64,000 nucleotides of DNA from an uncultured bacterium (GCA_963827235.1 CAWHAE010000016.1:864001-928000); one strand, 5' to 3'; numbered from the stretch's first letter, positions 1 to 10,857 are shown. Notes: generated by a model from the letters alone, not told the origin. Numbers and translations: made by a program.

Positions 1-974
1 GCATTGTCGGCCACGATGGCACTTGGTGGTTCAGACTGCCGGACTGCGGTGAGCAGGTAGGCACGTTTGCCATCGACCTTGATGACGCCTGATCGGATCG
101 CGTAGCGCTTTCGCAACCGTGGGATTCCACGTTTCCGCGCGGCTGGTCGCTCAACAGTCGGGTCGACGCCCTACAGCAGGGTTAGCGCCTGTCACACCCC
201 TGTCGCGTTCTCGGCACTGGTGCGACTTGTACCTGCTTGATGTCGCAGACCGCTCGGAAGCCACCGCTCCCGACGGCGGCAATCTTCTCATGTCCATTCG
301 CGATGTCCTCCGGCCCGATGCTGTCGAGCTGGTTGACTTGGCCCGGACCGGCGGAGTACCGGTGAACCGACCTCGTCGTGCGCGGAACACGAGCTACCAT
401 GCTTGCGACGCCGGCGTGACCACTATCCGCCGCGCCTGCCACACCCCGCGCACGCTATCACGGACGACGGGATAGAAGTCATCGGCCGCGTCCAGGGCGC
501 GCCTCCAGTAGAGGATCGCTGCCACTACTATGCTTGGTTAGCATTATGATGGAGCTATGGCTTGACACACGTTGTAGTCTTTATATATCACGTGGCTGAG
601 CTCCTTGCACTTCTCTTGTTCTCACACCACATACTGCGACGTTCTGGTGTGCACCAAGCAGAGCCTTGGTGCCGAGCGAAGCTGAAGCCCGAGAGGAATG
701 TACCTCCTATGCTGGCTTTCGCACGACCCGAGATTGCTGGTGATCCCCATATCTGTATGCTGGCATCCTCCGTACCGGCCACTCGAGATTGGAGGAGGAA
801 TTCGTCGGGCGCGTCTTGGCCGGGTGTGACGACATTGACCCGGTCGCTAGGTAGGAGGCTATCGAATCGGATTGACAGAGAGTGGGTAGAGGAATCAGGG
901 GAACTTGCCTCGGCCGGCGCGGTACTCGCTGCGACAGGCGCGAGCCACAAGCAATGGAAGGGAGATCGCTCAAC

Positions 975-1715
975 ATGGCAAGCTATCGATTCGGAAAGCA
1001 TCCGCCGAAGGTCGACTATCGCACGCTGCGCTTCAGGAACTATCTGACGCCTGCGCTCGCTCCACCGCCGGCGTCCGTCGACAACCTTGCCCGCGTGTAC
1101 GCCAATCTCGGTACGAACAATCCGACCACGCTGTTCCCCATGGACGGCAACGACACCCTCGGCGACTGCACGATCGCCGCGGTTGCCCATGCCGAGACGC
1201 TTTATCGCGGGCTGGTCAGCAAGCGCCATATCCCCTCGCAGAGCATAGTGGTCAAGCTATATATGCATCTGACAGGCGGAGTGGATTCAGGGCTCAACGA
1301 GCTCGACGTGCTGAACTACTGGCGCCAGCACCGCGTCTCCGGCGACGAGATCATCGCGTTCGCCAGCATCGATCCGAAGAATCACGTGCATGTACAGCAG
1401 GCCATGCAGATCTTCGGCGGCGTCTACCTGGGGTTCCAGGTCCAGCAGAATTGCCTGCAGGAGTTCGATAGCGGCCAGCCCTGGACGCCGGGTCCATTGA
1501 CCACCGACGGCCACGCGGTCGTTGCCGTGGGGTACGACCAGCAGTACGTCACCGTGCTGACCTGGGGCAAGACTCAGCAGGGCACCTGGGACTGGTGGGA
1601 TGAGTGCGTCGACGAAGCGTACGCTATACTGCCGCCCGAAGCGAACCAGCCCGGTTTTGCACCTGGATTCAACATGGCCCAGCTGCAGGCAGATCTCTCT
1701 GACGTAGCGAACTGA
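975..1715 (+). CDS. Papain-like (clan CA) cysteine peptidase family protein
   Basis: GAAGGGAG RBS before ATG 975. Motifs GNDTLGDCTIAA (Cys), GHAVVAVGYD (His) and LTWG (NSWG position). No signal peptide. Confidence 0.7.
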   Translation: MASYRFGKHPPKVDYRTLRFRNYLTPALAPPPASVDNLARVYANLGTNNPTTLFPMDGNDTLGDCTIAAVAHAETLYRGLVSKRHIPSQSIVVKLYMHLTGGVDSGLNELDVLNYWRQHRVSGDEIIAFASIDPKNHVHVQQAMQIFGGVYLGFQVQQNCLQEFDSGQPWTPGPLTTDGHAVVAVGYDQQYVTVLTWGKTQQGTWDWWDECVDEAYAILPPEANQPGFAPGFNMAQLQADLSDVAN

Positions 1716-1986
1716 CCGCAGACGCCAAATCGGGAGCGTGCATGCGAAGCTAACGGCTTGATCCAGATGCCAGCTTCACTGCTCGACAAGCAGGGAGCTG
1801 TCTCGACCGCAGGCGCGGTGGATTCTTTTGCGCTGCGACCTGAGCGGCCCGATGGACTGCTCAGGTCGTGCCTGTGCCGCGGGAATGCCCAGCCGGCTCG
1901 GTCCGCCCACGACACCGTGAAGCCGGCCACGCCACGCGACCGCGAAACCGTGGTCAGGCCCCTGGGCGGCCACACCTGCTCCCGGC

Positions 1987-2937
1987 TCAGAGCATCTCCT
2001 TGAGGCGACTCCGATCCACGTTTCCGCCGCTCAGGATGGCGACGACACGGGCGCCTTCGCGGAGGCGGCAGCGCCCGGCCAGCAGAGCGGCCACGCCTGC
2101 AGCGCCGGCCGGTTCCACCTGCAGTTTGGTGCGTTCCAGCACCACGATAAGTGCCTGCACGATCTCTTCATCGGAGACCAGCACCACATCGTCGACGTAC
2201 CGATGGGCGACCTCCAGCGTGACGTCACTGGCGAAAGGAGCCGCCAGGCCGTCGGCGATCGTGGTGAGCGTCTCAAGGGGCGTGACATGACCGGCGGCCA
2301 GAGCACGACTTAACCCGGGCGCACCCACGGGCTCCACGCCGATGACCCGCACCTGGGGACGCTGCTCCTTGAGGGCCACGGCAACACCGGCAAGCAGGCC
2401 GCCCCCGCCCACTGGCACGATAACCGCCTCAAGGTCCGGCATGTCCTCAAGCACCTCCAGGCCGACTGTGCCCTGGCCTGCGATGACCGTCGGATCGGCG
2501 AATGGATGCACTGGGACTTGGCCCTCCGCAGCGAGGAGACGATCGTACTCGGCAAAAGCCTCGATCGACGTCGCCCCATGCTGCACGATCCGGGCACCGT
2601 ACTCGCGCGCCGCCATGACCTTGCTGCGCGCTGCCGTTGCAGGCATGACCACGGTGCAGGGAATGCCCTCGCGGGTGGCGCCATAGGCCACCGCCTGGGC
2701 GTGGTTGCCGGCGGAGATCGCGATCACGCCACGGGCGCGCTCCTCGGCCGTGAGTGACGCCAGCTTGGCCAGCACGCCGCGTGGCTTGAACGACCCGGTC
2801 TTCTGCAGCAGCTCGGCCTTCACCAACAGCTGCACGCGGGCCATGGCGCCCAGGCTCGTGGCGCTGAGGGTAGGGGTGCGGTGCAATCGGTCGCCAATCA
2901 CGGCGCGCGCGGCCAGGATATCGGACAGTGTAACCAT
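1987..2937 (-). CDS. ilvA: PLP-dependent threonine/serine dehydratase (short form, no ACT domain)
   Basis: KAELLQKTGSFKPRG PLP-lysine motif, SAGNHAQ, VPVGGGGL, EPAGAA and LSGGN. GAGGGAG RBS. Confidence 0.9.
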   Translation of the reverse strand: MVTLSDILAARAVIGDRLHRTPTLSATSLGAMARVQLLVKAELLQKTGSFKPRGVLAKLASLTAEERARGVIAISAGNHAQAVAYGATREGIPCTVVMPATAARSKVMAAREYGARIVQHGATSIEAFAEYDRLLAAEGQVPVHPFADPTVIAGQGTVGLEVLEDMPDLEAVIVPVGGGGLLAGVAVALKEQRPQVRVIGVEPVGAPGLSRALAAGHVTPLETLTTIADGLAAPFASDVTLEVAHRYVDDVVLVSDEEIVQALIVVLERTKLQVEPAGAAGVAALLAGRCRLREGARVVAILSGGNVDRSRLKEML

Positions 2938-3217
2938 GGTGTGTCTCCCTCACTCATGCATGTGGTGGCGAACGCAGCGGTGCCCAACATCCTCTTTGCC
3001 GATCGTATTGAGCGTACCAGGCACAACCGTATGATGCGGCTCCCGGCGCAGCTGGCCAAAGGCAAGAGTGCCCGTGTACACCCCACGGGCTCGGTAGCCG
3101 TGACCGCGATGAAGCCTCGATTCGCGGGTTTCTACTTCGTGGCCGTTGTCCTTGGCCCGTACAGACGTGCGGTCACGCCGGCGGCGTGCCGCGATCGTCG
3201 AGACCTATTCTGAACCG

Positions 3218-3724
3218 CTAGAGCGACGTCGCCATGATCGGCGTGATCGAGATCCTGCCGCCGCACGGAGTGGCACCGTTTGCGGGCACTGCAACACTGG
3301 TCCGCTCGTCGGGCGGTGTGACGAGATAGTACCCGACTGCCGGACATGCTTCGCTGCCGGTGGGAACGTCCGCGTACATGAACGTCGCGTAGGCGGCAGC
3401 ACCGGGCTTGACGAGTATCGTCTTTGTGGGAACGTTGGGTAGCTGGCTGCCGGTTCCCCACAGCACACGCGTCGCCATGTCCTGGCCGGTCGCGCTGACC
3501 AGCTGCAGGCCGGGAAAGCCGTAGAACGAGCAGAGCGCCGGAGCGATCGAGCGAAAGCGCAGGGTGACTGCGATGTGCCCGAGGGCACCATTGGTGCCGC
3601 TCACGGTCACGTACAGACAGCCGGTGTGGCAGCGGAGCGCCGCGCCGAACGTTCGCGCGGGGCTAGCGGTGATCGCGCTGAAAATAATGGCGACCACGGC
3701 AAACAAGCGGATTGTGGTGGTCAT
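3218..3724 (-). CDS. Secreted DUF4232-like protein
   Basis: Signal peptide. C..GFPGLQL, PG.AAYA and VTPPDE motifs with paired Cys, typical of DUF4232. Confidence 0.7.
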   Translation of the reverse strand: MTTTIRLFAVVAIIFSAITASPARTFGAALRCHTGCLYVTVSGTNGALGHIAVTLRFRSIAPALCSFYGFPGLQLVSATGQDMATRVLWGTGSQLPNVPTKTILVKPGAAAYATFMYADVPTGSEACPAVGYYLVTPPDERTSVAVPANGATPCGGRISITPIMATSL

Positions 3725-3993
3725 GGCTCAAGTCCCCTTTCTGTGTTGGCGGCCGATGCCCGGCTTGCCCACGCATTGTGCCACGTTGCCTGCAATCTAT
3801 CGAAGGTCACTGTGCATGGACATGCCGAGGCGAGTATGTCATCGAATCGTCATATAGCGATCATCTTCATGCAATATGCGGGTCACGATTTCGTCACGCG
3901 CAAGGCAGACGCTAGGGGTGTATTCGAAGCAGACGATGCGTGCGAAGAACACAAGCCTTGCAGTACGAATAGTCGTTCTCTGGAGTAGAAACC

Positions 3994-4368
3994 ATGAACA
4001 AGATCAAGAGACTGAACGTAAAGATGGCGGGATTCACGCTCGTCATCGTGCTCTGCGCCGGGCTCGCGTTCTACGGCGGGCGCGTGTATCAGAATAGCGC
4101 CGACCAACCGCTCTTCACGCAGTACAGCCCACCGGTTGCAGTATCCGCAGGAGCGTCCGGCAGCTACTTCGGCGGCGGCACGTCGAGCAGCTCGCAGATC
4201 CAGGCGGCGCTGGCCTACGCGACCCCGCCCGGATCCTCTTCCTCTCAAGCTGGCGGCTCGAGCACGCGCGCTTCCGGCGGCCAGTCCGGCAGCGGTTCTG
4301 GGACTCAGAACCATGGCAGTGCCGCAGAACAGACCCCCACCACCGGCGGGAAGACGATCACGCCTTGA
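3994..4368 (+). CDS. Hypothetical membrane-anchored protein with Ser/Gly-rich tail
   Basis: GGAG RBS. One N-terminal hydrophobic helix ending FYGG, then a low-complexity S/G/T tail. The 3' end overlaps the convergent regulator remnant by 11 bp. Confidence 0.6.
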   Translation: MNKIKRLNVKMAGFTLVIVLCAGLAFYGGRVYQNSADQPLFTQYSPPVAVSAGASGSYFGGGTSSSSQIQAALAYATPPGSSSSQAGGSSTRASGGQSGSGSGTQNHGSAAEQTPTTGGKTITP

Positions 4369-4750
4369 TCTTGTAGCCTACACCGCGCACCGTCTGGATG
4401 AGCTGGTGCTCGCACCCGTCGTCCACCGCAAGTCGCAGCCGGCGAATGGTAGCGTCCACCACGTTGGCAAACGAGCCGAAGCCGTAGTCCCAGACACGCT
4501 CCATGATCATCGTACGGCTCAGCACCTGCCCGGGATGGCGCATCAGATACTCCAGCAGCGAGAACTCCTTCGGCGCTAAAGGGATGAGCTTGCCATCGCG
4601 ATAGACTTCGTGCGCCTGCAGGTCCAGCACGAGGCCACCGACGTCCAGACGGTCATCCTGCGTTCTCCGCCCGTTGCGCCGGGTGATCGCGCGCAATCGC
4701 GCCAGGAACTCCTCAAAGGCGAATGGTTTCGTCAGATAGTCGTCGGCGCC
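4358..4750 (-). pseudogene. 5'-truncated OmpR/PhoB-family response regulator
   Basis: The frame reads GADDYLTKPFAFEEFLARLRA...LAPKEFSLLEYLMRHPGQVLSR...IQTVRGVGY. In-frame TAG at 4772-4774 upstream, so the phospho-Asp part of the receiver domain is missing. Confidence 0.8.
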
Positions 4751-5223
4751 AACGGTGCAGTCAGTATGCCGCTATCCATCGTTGCCGGAACGCTGCTGAG
4801 TCTCGGATACCTCGCGTTTTCCCATCGCGTTTCTCTGGCCTCAGAGCCGGCGCATGGGCCGCAACAGAGCGACAAGGACCAGGGCGTTTGCAGGTCCACT
4901 CAGCCCGGGCAGCTATGAAACTGGGGGCATGAAGATAGCCTACCGCTGCGGTATAGACGCCGGTCAGAGTGCGGCCACGGTGGCGCAAGACTTTTGCCCC
5001 ACCGGTCGTCCGTGTGTTCGCCGCTCCGCCAGAGTGCCTGTAGAGCTCAAGGCGCGCTCAGGGAGGGTCACGTGGCGTAGGCCCACCGATCGCGCCAGGC
5101 GCGACTACGGCGCACGATCTGCCCAGTTCCTCTTGCCAGCCGGCGGCACGGCCCACCGCTAGGGCGACCGATGCTTGGTACCCGGTGTGAGTCACGCCCC
5201 CGTAGGCAACTGTGTGCTTCGGT

Positions 5224-5260
5224 GCCGTTGGTCTTCGGCCCGTGGCCGAAGACCAACGGC
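5224..5260. terminator. Perfect 17-bp stem / 3-nt loop hairpin downstream of the minus-strand heme operon and small gene
   Basis: GCCGTTGGTCTTCGGCC-CGT-GGCCGAAGACCAACGGC. No U-tract. Confidence 0.55.
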
Positions 5261-5286
5261 TACCCTGCAAAGCGGAGTCGCCCTGC

Positions 5287-5631
5287 TCAGCGATTCGTCC
5301 CGTCGCAGACGGTAAGTCCATCGCCGTAGAGGTCCAAACGGCAGGTGCCCCAGGAGGGTGGCAGGGTGGATATCTGCACGGAGCTACCGCACTTGATCGT
5401 GCCGTCGCCATCCGGGTCGCTGAAGCAGCCGTAGGCCGAGGGCAGGCTCGATGGCGCGATCACGCGCTGCTCCTGTTGCACTGGCGCGGCTGCCGGGCCG
5501 TTCAGCGCAGCAGCACCGAGACCTGCCAAGGCGAGCGTGCCAGCCAGCATCAACGAGGAGCCGGGTCCCTTGAGAAAGAAACGGACCATGTGCTTCTGCA
5601 GTTCGGCGATCAGTGCTTGCTGTGCGTACAT
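5287..5631 (-). CDS. Small exported Cys-motif protein
   Basis: GGGAGG RBS before ATG 5631. Hydrophobic segment, then two C-x2-D-x2-GDG-x3-C motifs. Confidence 0.55.
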   Translation of the reverse strand: MYAQQALIAELQKHMVRFFLKGPGSSLMLAGTLALAGLGAAALNGPAAAPVQQEQRVIAPSSLPSAYGCFSDPDGDGTIKCGSSVQISTLPPSWGTCRLDLYGDGLTVCDGTNR

Positions 5632-5771
5632 GAGCCTAGTCCTCCCGTGTATCGGCGTTGCCATGACCATCATCATATACGAGTGACGGTTACGGTGCCC
5701 TGCGCGTCTACCTCCGCAATTGCTAGGGAGGGCAATCCCCCTCTGCCGTGTAGCGGTGACGAGAGGACCTG

Positions 5772-6551
5772 TCAGATGCCATCCGCCAGCACCAGCGGAC
5801 AGTTCCGGCGCGGATGCGTGGTCACATAGATGGGATGGCCGTATATCTCGGTGAGCAGGGGTGCAAGCAGCGTTTCAGACGGCGGTCCAAGCGCCGCCAG
5901 GTGCCCGCGGTCAAGGAGCGCGATGTCGTCGGCATAGGCAGCAGCCAGGTTGAGGTCGTGCAGGATCACGCACACCGCTTTGCCTTGCTCTGCCAGGGTT
6001 CGGCAGGTGCGCATGACCAGTTCCTGATGCCGTATGTCCAGACTGGCCGTCGGCTCATCGAGCAGCAGGAGGTCAGTCTGCTGGGCGATCGTCCGCGCCA
6101 TCAGCGTTCTTGACGCTTCTCCGCCGGAGAGAGTCGGATAGGCCCGCGCACGGTAGGGCTCCATCTCGGTGCGTTGGAGCGCCTTCAGCACGATCTGCCG
6201 GTCCTGGGCTGGCGACATGTCTCGCCTGCTTTCATGGGGATAGCGGCCCATTGCCACCACCTGCTCTACCTGGTAGGCAAAATGAATCACGGCATGTTGA
6301 GTCATCACCGCGCGCAGCCGAGCAAGCTGCAGCGGCGAATAACGGTGCGGAGGCTGCCCGTCCAATAGGATAGTTCCCTCGCTGGGTCGCAGATCCCCGG
6401 CCAGCAGGTGCAGCAGTGTCGTCTTCCCGGCGCCGTTCGGTCCCACGACCGCCAGCAGACGCCCCCCGCCGAGTGCGAGGCTCACATCGGAGATTAGCGG
6501 TATCGACCCAGCGCGGAAGCTGACATGGCTGGCGACCAACAACTCACTCAT
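5772..6551 (-). CDS. hmuV: Heme ABC transporter ATP-binding protein
   Basis: GPNGAGKT Walker A, LSGGE signature, LLLLDEPT and ILHDLNLAAAYAD. ATGA overlap with the permease stop. Confidence 0.85.
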   Translation of the reverse strand: MSELLVASHVSFRAGSIPLISDVSLALGGGRLLAVVGPNGAGKTTLLHLLAGDLRPSEGTILLDGQPPHRYSPLQLARLRAVMTQHAVIHFAYQVEQVVAMGRYPHESRRDMSPAQDRQIVLKALQRTEMEPYRARAYPTLSGGEASRTLMARTIAQQTDLLLLDEPTASLDIRHQELVMRTCRTLAEQGKAVCVILHDLNLAAAYADDIALLDRGHLAALGPPSETLLAPLLTEIYGHPIYVTTHPRRNCPLVLADGI

Positions 6552-7648
6552 GTCCACCGACCGCGCAGTGTGCCGGCATGGCGAAGCAACCAGACAAAGT
6601 AGGGGCATCCCAGAATCGCGGTGAGCGAGCCCAGCGGTAGCTCGGCTGGTGCCGCCGCCGTGCGGGCCAACAGATCCACCAGCATGACGAGCACGGCGCC
6701 TGCCAGAGCGCTGGCGGGCAGCACGGCAGCATGGTCTGGTCCCAGGAATGTGCGCATCAGATGGGGAACGATCAGGCCGACAAAGCCCACGATGCCAACA
6801 GTGGACACGGCCGCACCCGTGAGGATGGCGGTAGCTGCCAGAAGAATCATGCGCGATCGCGCCACGCGCACGCCGAGGTAGTGTGCATCGCGATCGCCGG
6901 TGGCAAGAAGGTCGAGCACCCGTGCCCAGCCTGACAGGAAGATCATGCCCAGCAGGGCCAGCGGTGCCGTTACTTGCACTCCCTCCCAGGTGGCTCCGCT
7001 CAAGCTGCCGAGCTCCCAAAAGGCCACGCTGTTCAGCGCGGCGTTGTTCGTGGCGGCGATGAGCAGACCCACCACGCCGGCGGCGATGGCATTGACGGCG
7101 ACACCGGCCAGCACCATCGTCAGCATGTCGGGTCGGCCATCATGCACCGCCAGCAGGTATACCATGCCGATCGCCAGCAGACTGCCGGCGGCAGCCGCCG
7201 GCAGCATCGCTGCCACGCTGAGTCCCGCACCGCCAATCAGCAGCATCAGCACGGTGCCCAGCACGGCGCCGGCTGAACAGCCCAGCAGCCCCGGATCGGC
7301 AAGTGGATTGCGAAGCACCCCCTGCAAGGTGGCGCCTGCTAGACCCAGGCAACAGCCCACCAGAGCGCCAAGCAGCACCCTGGGCAGGCGCAAGGACCAC
7401 AACACCCCGTCCTGCACACCGGAAGACGACGCGCTGCCGGCCAGGCCTGCGTGATGGAGCAGGATAGCCACCACCTGAGACGGGCTGATCGCCACCTCTC
7501 CGATGCCGAGGCTGACGAGCATGGTGCCGAATGCGCCGCAAATCAGCAGCGCGAAGATGATCTTACGCCTGGCTCTGTTCACTGGCAACGCCGGCGGACT
7601 CAGAAGTGGACTTTCCTCCTCGTGATTCTGGTCGGATGCATCTACCAC
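6548..7648 (-). CDS. hmuU: FecCD/HmuU-family permease
   Basis: LRLPR, LQGVLRNPLADPGLLG and GIVGFVGLIVPH motifs. Multiple TM segments. Confidence 0.9.
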   Translation of the reverse strand: MVDASDQNHEEESPLLSPPALPVNRARRKIIFALLICGAFGTMLVSLGIGEVAISPSQVVAILLHHAGLAGSASSSGVQDGVLWSLRLPRVLLGALVGCCLGLAGATLQGVLRNPLADPGLLGCSAGAVLGTVLMLLIGGAGLSVAAMLPAAAAGSLLAIGMVYLLAVHDGRPDMLTMVLAGVAVNAIAAGVVGLLIAATNNAALNSVAFWELGSLSGATWEGVQVTAPLALLGMIFLSGWARVLDLLATGDRDAHYLGVRVARSRMILLAATAILTGAAVSTVGIVGFVGLIVPHLMRTFLGPDHAAVLPASALAGAVLVMLVDLLARTAAAPAELPLGSLTAILGCPYFVWLLRHAGTLRGRWT

Positions 7649-8652
7649 TACTTCAGCTCGGGATGCAGCTCATAAACCAACTGAGCAAGCGCAAGGCCGG
7701 TGCGCGGACCCATGTTGCCCAGAAAATCATCGTCAAACACGAGCACGCGTTTCGCTTTCCCGGCAGGCGTTAGGGAGACGCCCGGCAGCTTGAGCACCCC
7801 GGGCAGACCGCCGACTGAGGCAACACCAGAACTGAAGACCAGCAGGACGTCCGGCCTGGCCTTCACCAGCGCCTCGGGAGTAAGCGGCAAGTAGCCTGCG
7901 ATGCCCGAGGTGCCTCCGGCATCGATGCCGCCGGCCGCCGCGATCAGTGTGCTGAAGCTGCTGCCCTTGCCCGCGATGAGGTACGTATTGGCTTGTGCCT
8001 GTATGAGCAGGAACACCACGCGCGGCTTGCTGGTAGCCTTCTTGGCCAGGACTTCAGCGGCAGTGATCTGGCTTCCCACGGTGGCGCTCAGGTGACGCCC
8101 GGACGAGGGCACTCCAAGGGCCTCGGCTACCTGGACGATGCGGCCCTGAACCGCTCGGGCCAAATTGCCGGTAACCGTCGTGTCGCTCGACGAGATGATC
8201 ACGACAGGAACGCCGGATGCTCGCAGTTGCTTGATCACCGACGGTGGTCCTGCGTCTGGCGTGCCGATGATAAGGGTCGGCTTCAGAGCAAGAATGGGCT
8301 CAGCCGTGAGCATGCGCTGATAGCCGATGTTGTGCAGACGCGCCGCCGCCGGCGGGTAGGTGGCGCTGAGGTCGGTGCCCACCACCTTGCTTCCCAGGCC
8401 GAGAGCCCAGATCATCTCGGCGACGTCGCCGTTCAGGGCCACGATGCGCGACGTATCCGGCGCGCCCATCCTGGCACTACCGGAGAGGGATGCGGCAGAG
8501 ACCACTGGCCCCTGCCCGGGGATAAGTGCAGCAGCAGCCAAGGCCAGGACAAGCATCCCGGCACGGAAGGCGTGTGCAGCACGCGTGCCGCGCGGACGAT
8601 GTCGGGCCATCCGAGCCTCGTCGGTTGAAGCGAGAAGATTACCGTTGCCCAT
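7648..8652 (-). CDS. hmuT: Heme ABC transporter substrate-binding protein
   Basis: AGGAGAAAGGA RBS before ATG 8652. RIVALNGDVAE, and IGYQR (heme-ligating Tyr as in PhuT/ShuT), plus AGPP and MGPR. Confidence 0.8.
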   Translation of the reverse strand: MGNGNLLASTDEARMARHRPRGTRAAHAFRAGMLVLALAAAALIPGQGPVVSAASLSGSARMGAPDTSRIVALNGDVAEMIWALGLGSKVVGTDLSATYPPAAARLHNIGYQRMLTAEPILALKPTLIIGTPDAGPPSVIKQLRASGVPVVIISSSDTTVTGNLARAVQGRIVQVAEALGVPSSGRHLSATVGSQITAAEVLAKKATSKPRVVFLLIQAQANTYLIAGKGSSFSTLIAAAGGIDAGGTSGIAGYLPLTPEALVKARPDVLLVFSSGVASVGGLPGVLKLPGVSLTPAGKAKRVLVFDDDFLGNMGPRTGLALAQLVYELHPELK

Positions 8653-9654
8653 CTGTCTATCCTTTCTCCTAGACAGCCGCATCACACGGACCATGACCGG
8701 TGCGCTGTCGGCCAGGCCCAACCCCTGGCGCAGCCGGCGAGTGCGACAGACGTCGAGGCGGGTGCCCGGCTGCGTTCTCGGTGCGGCATCAAGAACGCCG
8801 AGCCTGGCCCCAAACCGATTACCGTGAACAAAGTCCCGCGGTCCAATGTACTCCTGTGTACTCTGAAGCCGTAGGTGCCGGGCAGCCCAGGCGGCTCGAG
8901 CGAGCAACCTCGTCAAACTGGGCGACCGGGTGTCGCCATGCTTCGGGAATATGGTACCCATGATGGCCACCTACCTACTGGGCAGCTCCTCTCGCGAAAC
9001 GGCAAGGGGCGCATAGTTCTCCCGGCTGAACTCGTTCGAGACCGGCGCGTTGGGTTCCTCCAGGTTGGGCCGGCACCTCGATATCACCGGCGCCCAGATC
9101 AGAATGCCACAAAAGCCCGGGGCGCTGGCGATCGGCACCCCATCCTCCGCGTGCACGGGCGTGGCGGACGATCACGGGCAGTTCCGGCTGCCTGAATGAG
9201 GGCCTGTGTGCCTAAACGGCAGCGCGGTCGATAGGCGTTCCGGCCGTAGCCGCCGTGTGGAGCGTCGGGCGATCATCGAAACGTCATCCAATTCCGGCAG
9301 ACTATACTCCGCACGCGCGATCGGCTCGCGCCGTGACCCGAGTGGCGACGAGGCACAGGCCGTCGCCGCGCCAATAAGAACGATTCATCGCACTTGCCCT
9401 GGGTGGTAGCCCAGGATTTGCCGCGCTTGTCGATGCGCCGACATGCCACGCGGCACCGTGCTAAGCAGCGTCCGCCGCTGTATCGACCTGAGCCCTTGGG
9501 CTCACTCCTGCTATGTTTCAGGAGGGACGTTAGCGCCGCGATGGTGCCGGCATGACCTTTCAAGGTAACGCCGATCTCCGGGCGAACTCGGATTGAGAAG
9601 CATGAATCGCCGGCAGTACCACTGCCAGCAGAGTAGAGTTCTAGGCGGCACGAG

Positions 9655-10857
9655 ATGAAACCGATTGGGCAATCAGACCCGGAAGAGGACGCCGCGCTTC
9701 GGCCGGTGACCGCTGGGACCGAATCACGTGGCGGCCACCGGACTGAAGCGCCTGGTCCCCCGCTGGTGTCGGTGATCATCAATAACTACAACTACAGTCG
9801 ATTCCTGTCCTTTGCCATCGACAGCGCCCTGACGCAGTCATATCCGCATGTGGAGGTTCTCGTTGTTGACGACGGCTCGACCGACGACTCCAGGCAGGTC
9901 ATCGGCCGATATGGCGAACGGGTCACGGCCATACTCAAGCAAAATGGCGGTCAGGCATCGGCCATGAACGAGGGTTTCGCACGCAGTATCGGCAATGTCG
10001 TGCTATTCCTGGACGCCGACGACGCGCTGCGACCGGACATCGTCGCGCGCCTCGTCCAGACGTTCTGCGACTCACCTGTGCTGGGTAAGGCCCATTTTCG
10101 CCTTGCGGTGATTGATGCCGCCGGCGATGCGACCGGCGAGCTGAAACCGCCGCCACACATCTCGATGCTCGACGGCGATCTGCGCCGGCACTACCTCACG
10201 TTCCCTGACGACGTGTGGAGACTGCCGACCACCGGCAATGCCTTTCCGCGGTGGGCCCTCGATCAGATGATGCCCATCCCGATAGAGCACTACTCCCGAA
10301 CGGCGGCCGACACGTACCTCACGCACGTCGCTTCCCTATACGGGCCGGTGAAGTTCATCGACGAGGTGGGCGGCTACTACCGCATACACGGGGCAAACAA
10401 CTACGAACACGAGAAGCCCACGCTGGCACTTGATCGCGTGCGACTGGACATCGATCTTGCTCTTTGCACGCATAGCGAGCTCCGTAGAACGGCACACGCC
10501 CTTGGCCTGGCGGCGACCGTCCCTGAGCTTGGCATGCTCTCCACGTCGTTCGTGATCAACCGGCTCATCTCGCTCAGGCTCGATCCCATCCGCCACCCCA
10601 TATCTGGGGACTCACGACTGTTGCTCGTGCGGCTTGGCGTCAGGTCGGTACGGCGGCGATTCGACGTGTCGCCGCCGATGAAAGCTATGTATCTGGCGTG
10701 GATCGTGCTCATGGTGCTGGCTCCGCGGAAACTGGCACGGCGCCTGGCGGAGAGGTTGATGTTCCCGCAGACGCGATCATGGCTGGGCCCAACGCTGCGC
10801 TACGTCCAGCGGCCGTGGTCCATAGCTCGTGGCCAAGCTCCAATCCAGGCATCTTGA
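9655..10857 (+). CDS. Glycosyltransferase family 2
   Basis: VSVIINNYNY, VVDDGSTD, NGGQASAMN and FLDADD (DxD) motifs. Confidence 0.9.
   Translation: MKPIGQSDPEEDAALRPVTAGTESRGGHRTEAPGPPLVSVIINNYNYSRFLSFAIDSALTQSYPHVEVLVVDDGSTDDSRQVIGRYGERVTAILKQNGGQASAMNEGFARSIGNVVLFLDADDALRPDIVARLVQTFCDSPVLGKAHFRLAVIDAAGDATGELKPPPHISMLDGDLRRHYLTFPDDVWRLPTTGNAFPRWALDQMMPIPIEHYSRTAADTYLTHVASLYGPVKFIDEVGGYYRIHGANNYEHEKPTLALDRVRLDIDLALCTHSELRRTAHALGLAATVPELGMLSTSFVINRLISLRLDPIRHPISGDSRLLLVRLGVRSVRRRFDVSPPMKAMYLAWIVLMVLAPRKLARRLAERLMFPQTRSWLGPTLRYVQRPWSIARGQAPIQAS

Noticed and set aside
1-560. Short ORFs at the window start
   Set aside because: No recognisable motif, RBS or consistent coding signal.
562-589. TTGACA followed by an AT-rich patch as a promoter for the peptidase
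   Set aside because: The -10 match and spacing are poor, and it lies about 390 bp from the start. Not supportable.
6552-7019. Long N-terminal extensions in the ORF track (hmuV, hmuT, tam, GH2, GNAT, MBL and others)
   Set aside because: They overlap upstream genes or lack homology. Downstream starts have RBSs or ATGA coupling.
8660-9400. Cobalamin riboswitch or iron-box upstream of the FecCD-type operon
   Set aside because: No B12-box or GGGAA/GCCACTG core and no convincing Fur/DtxR palindrome was seen.
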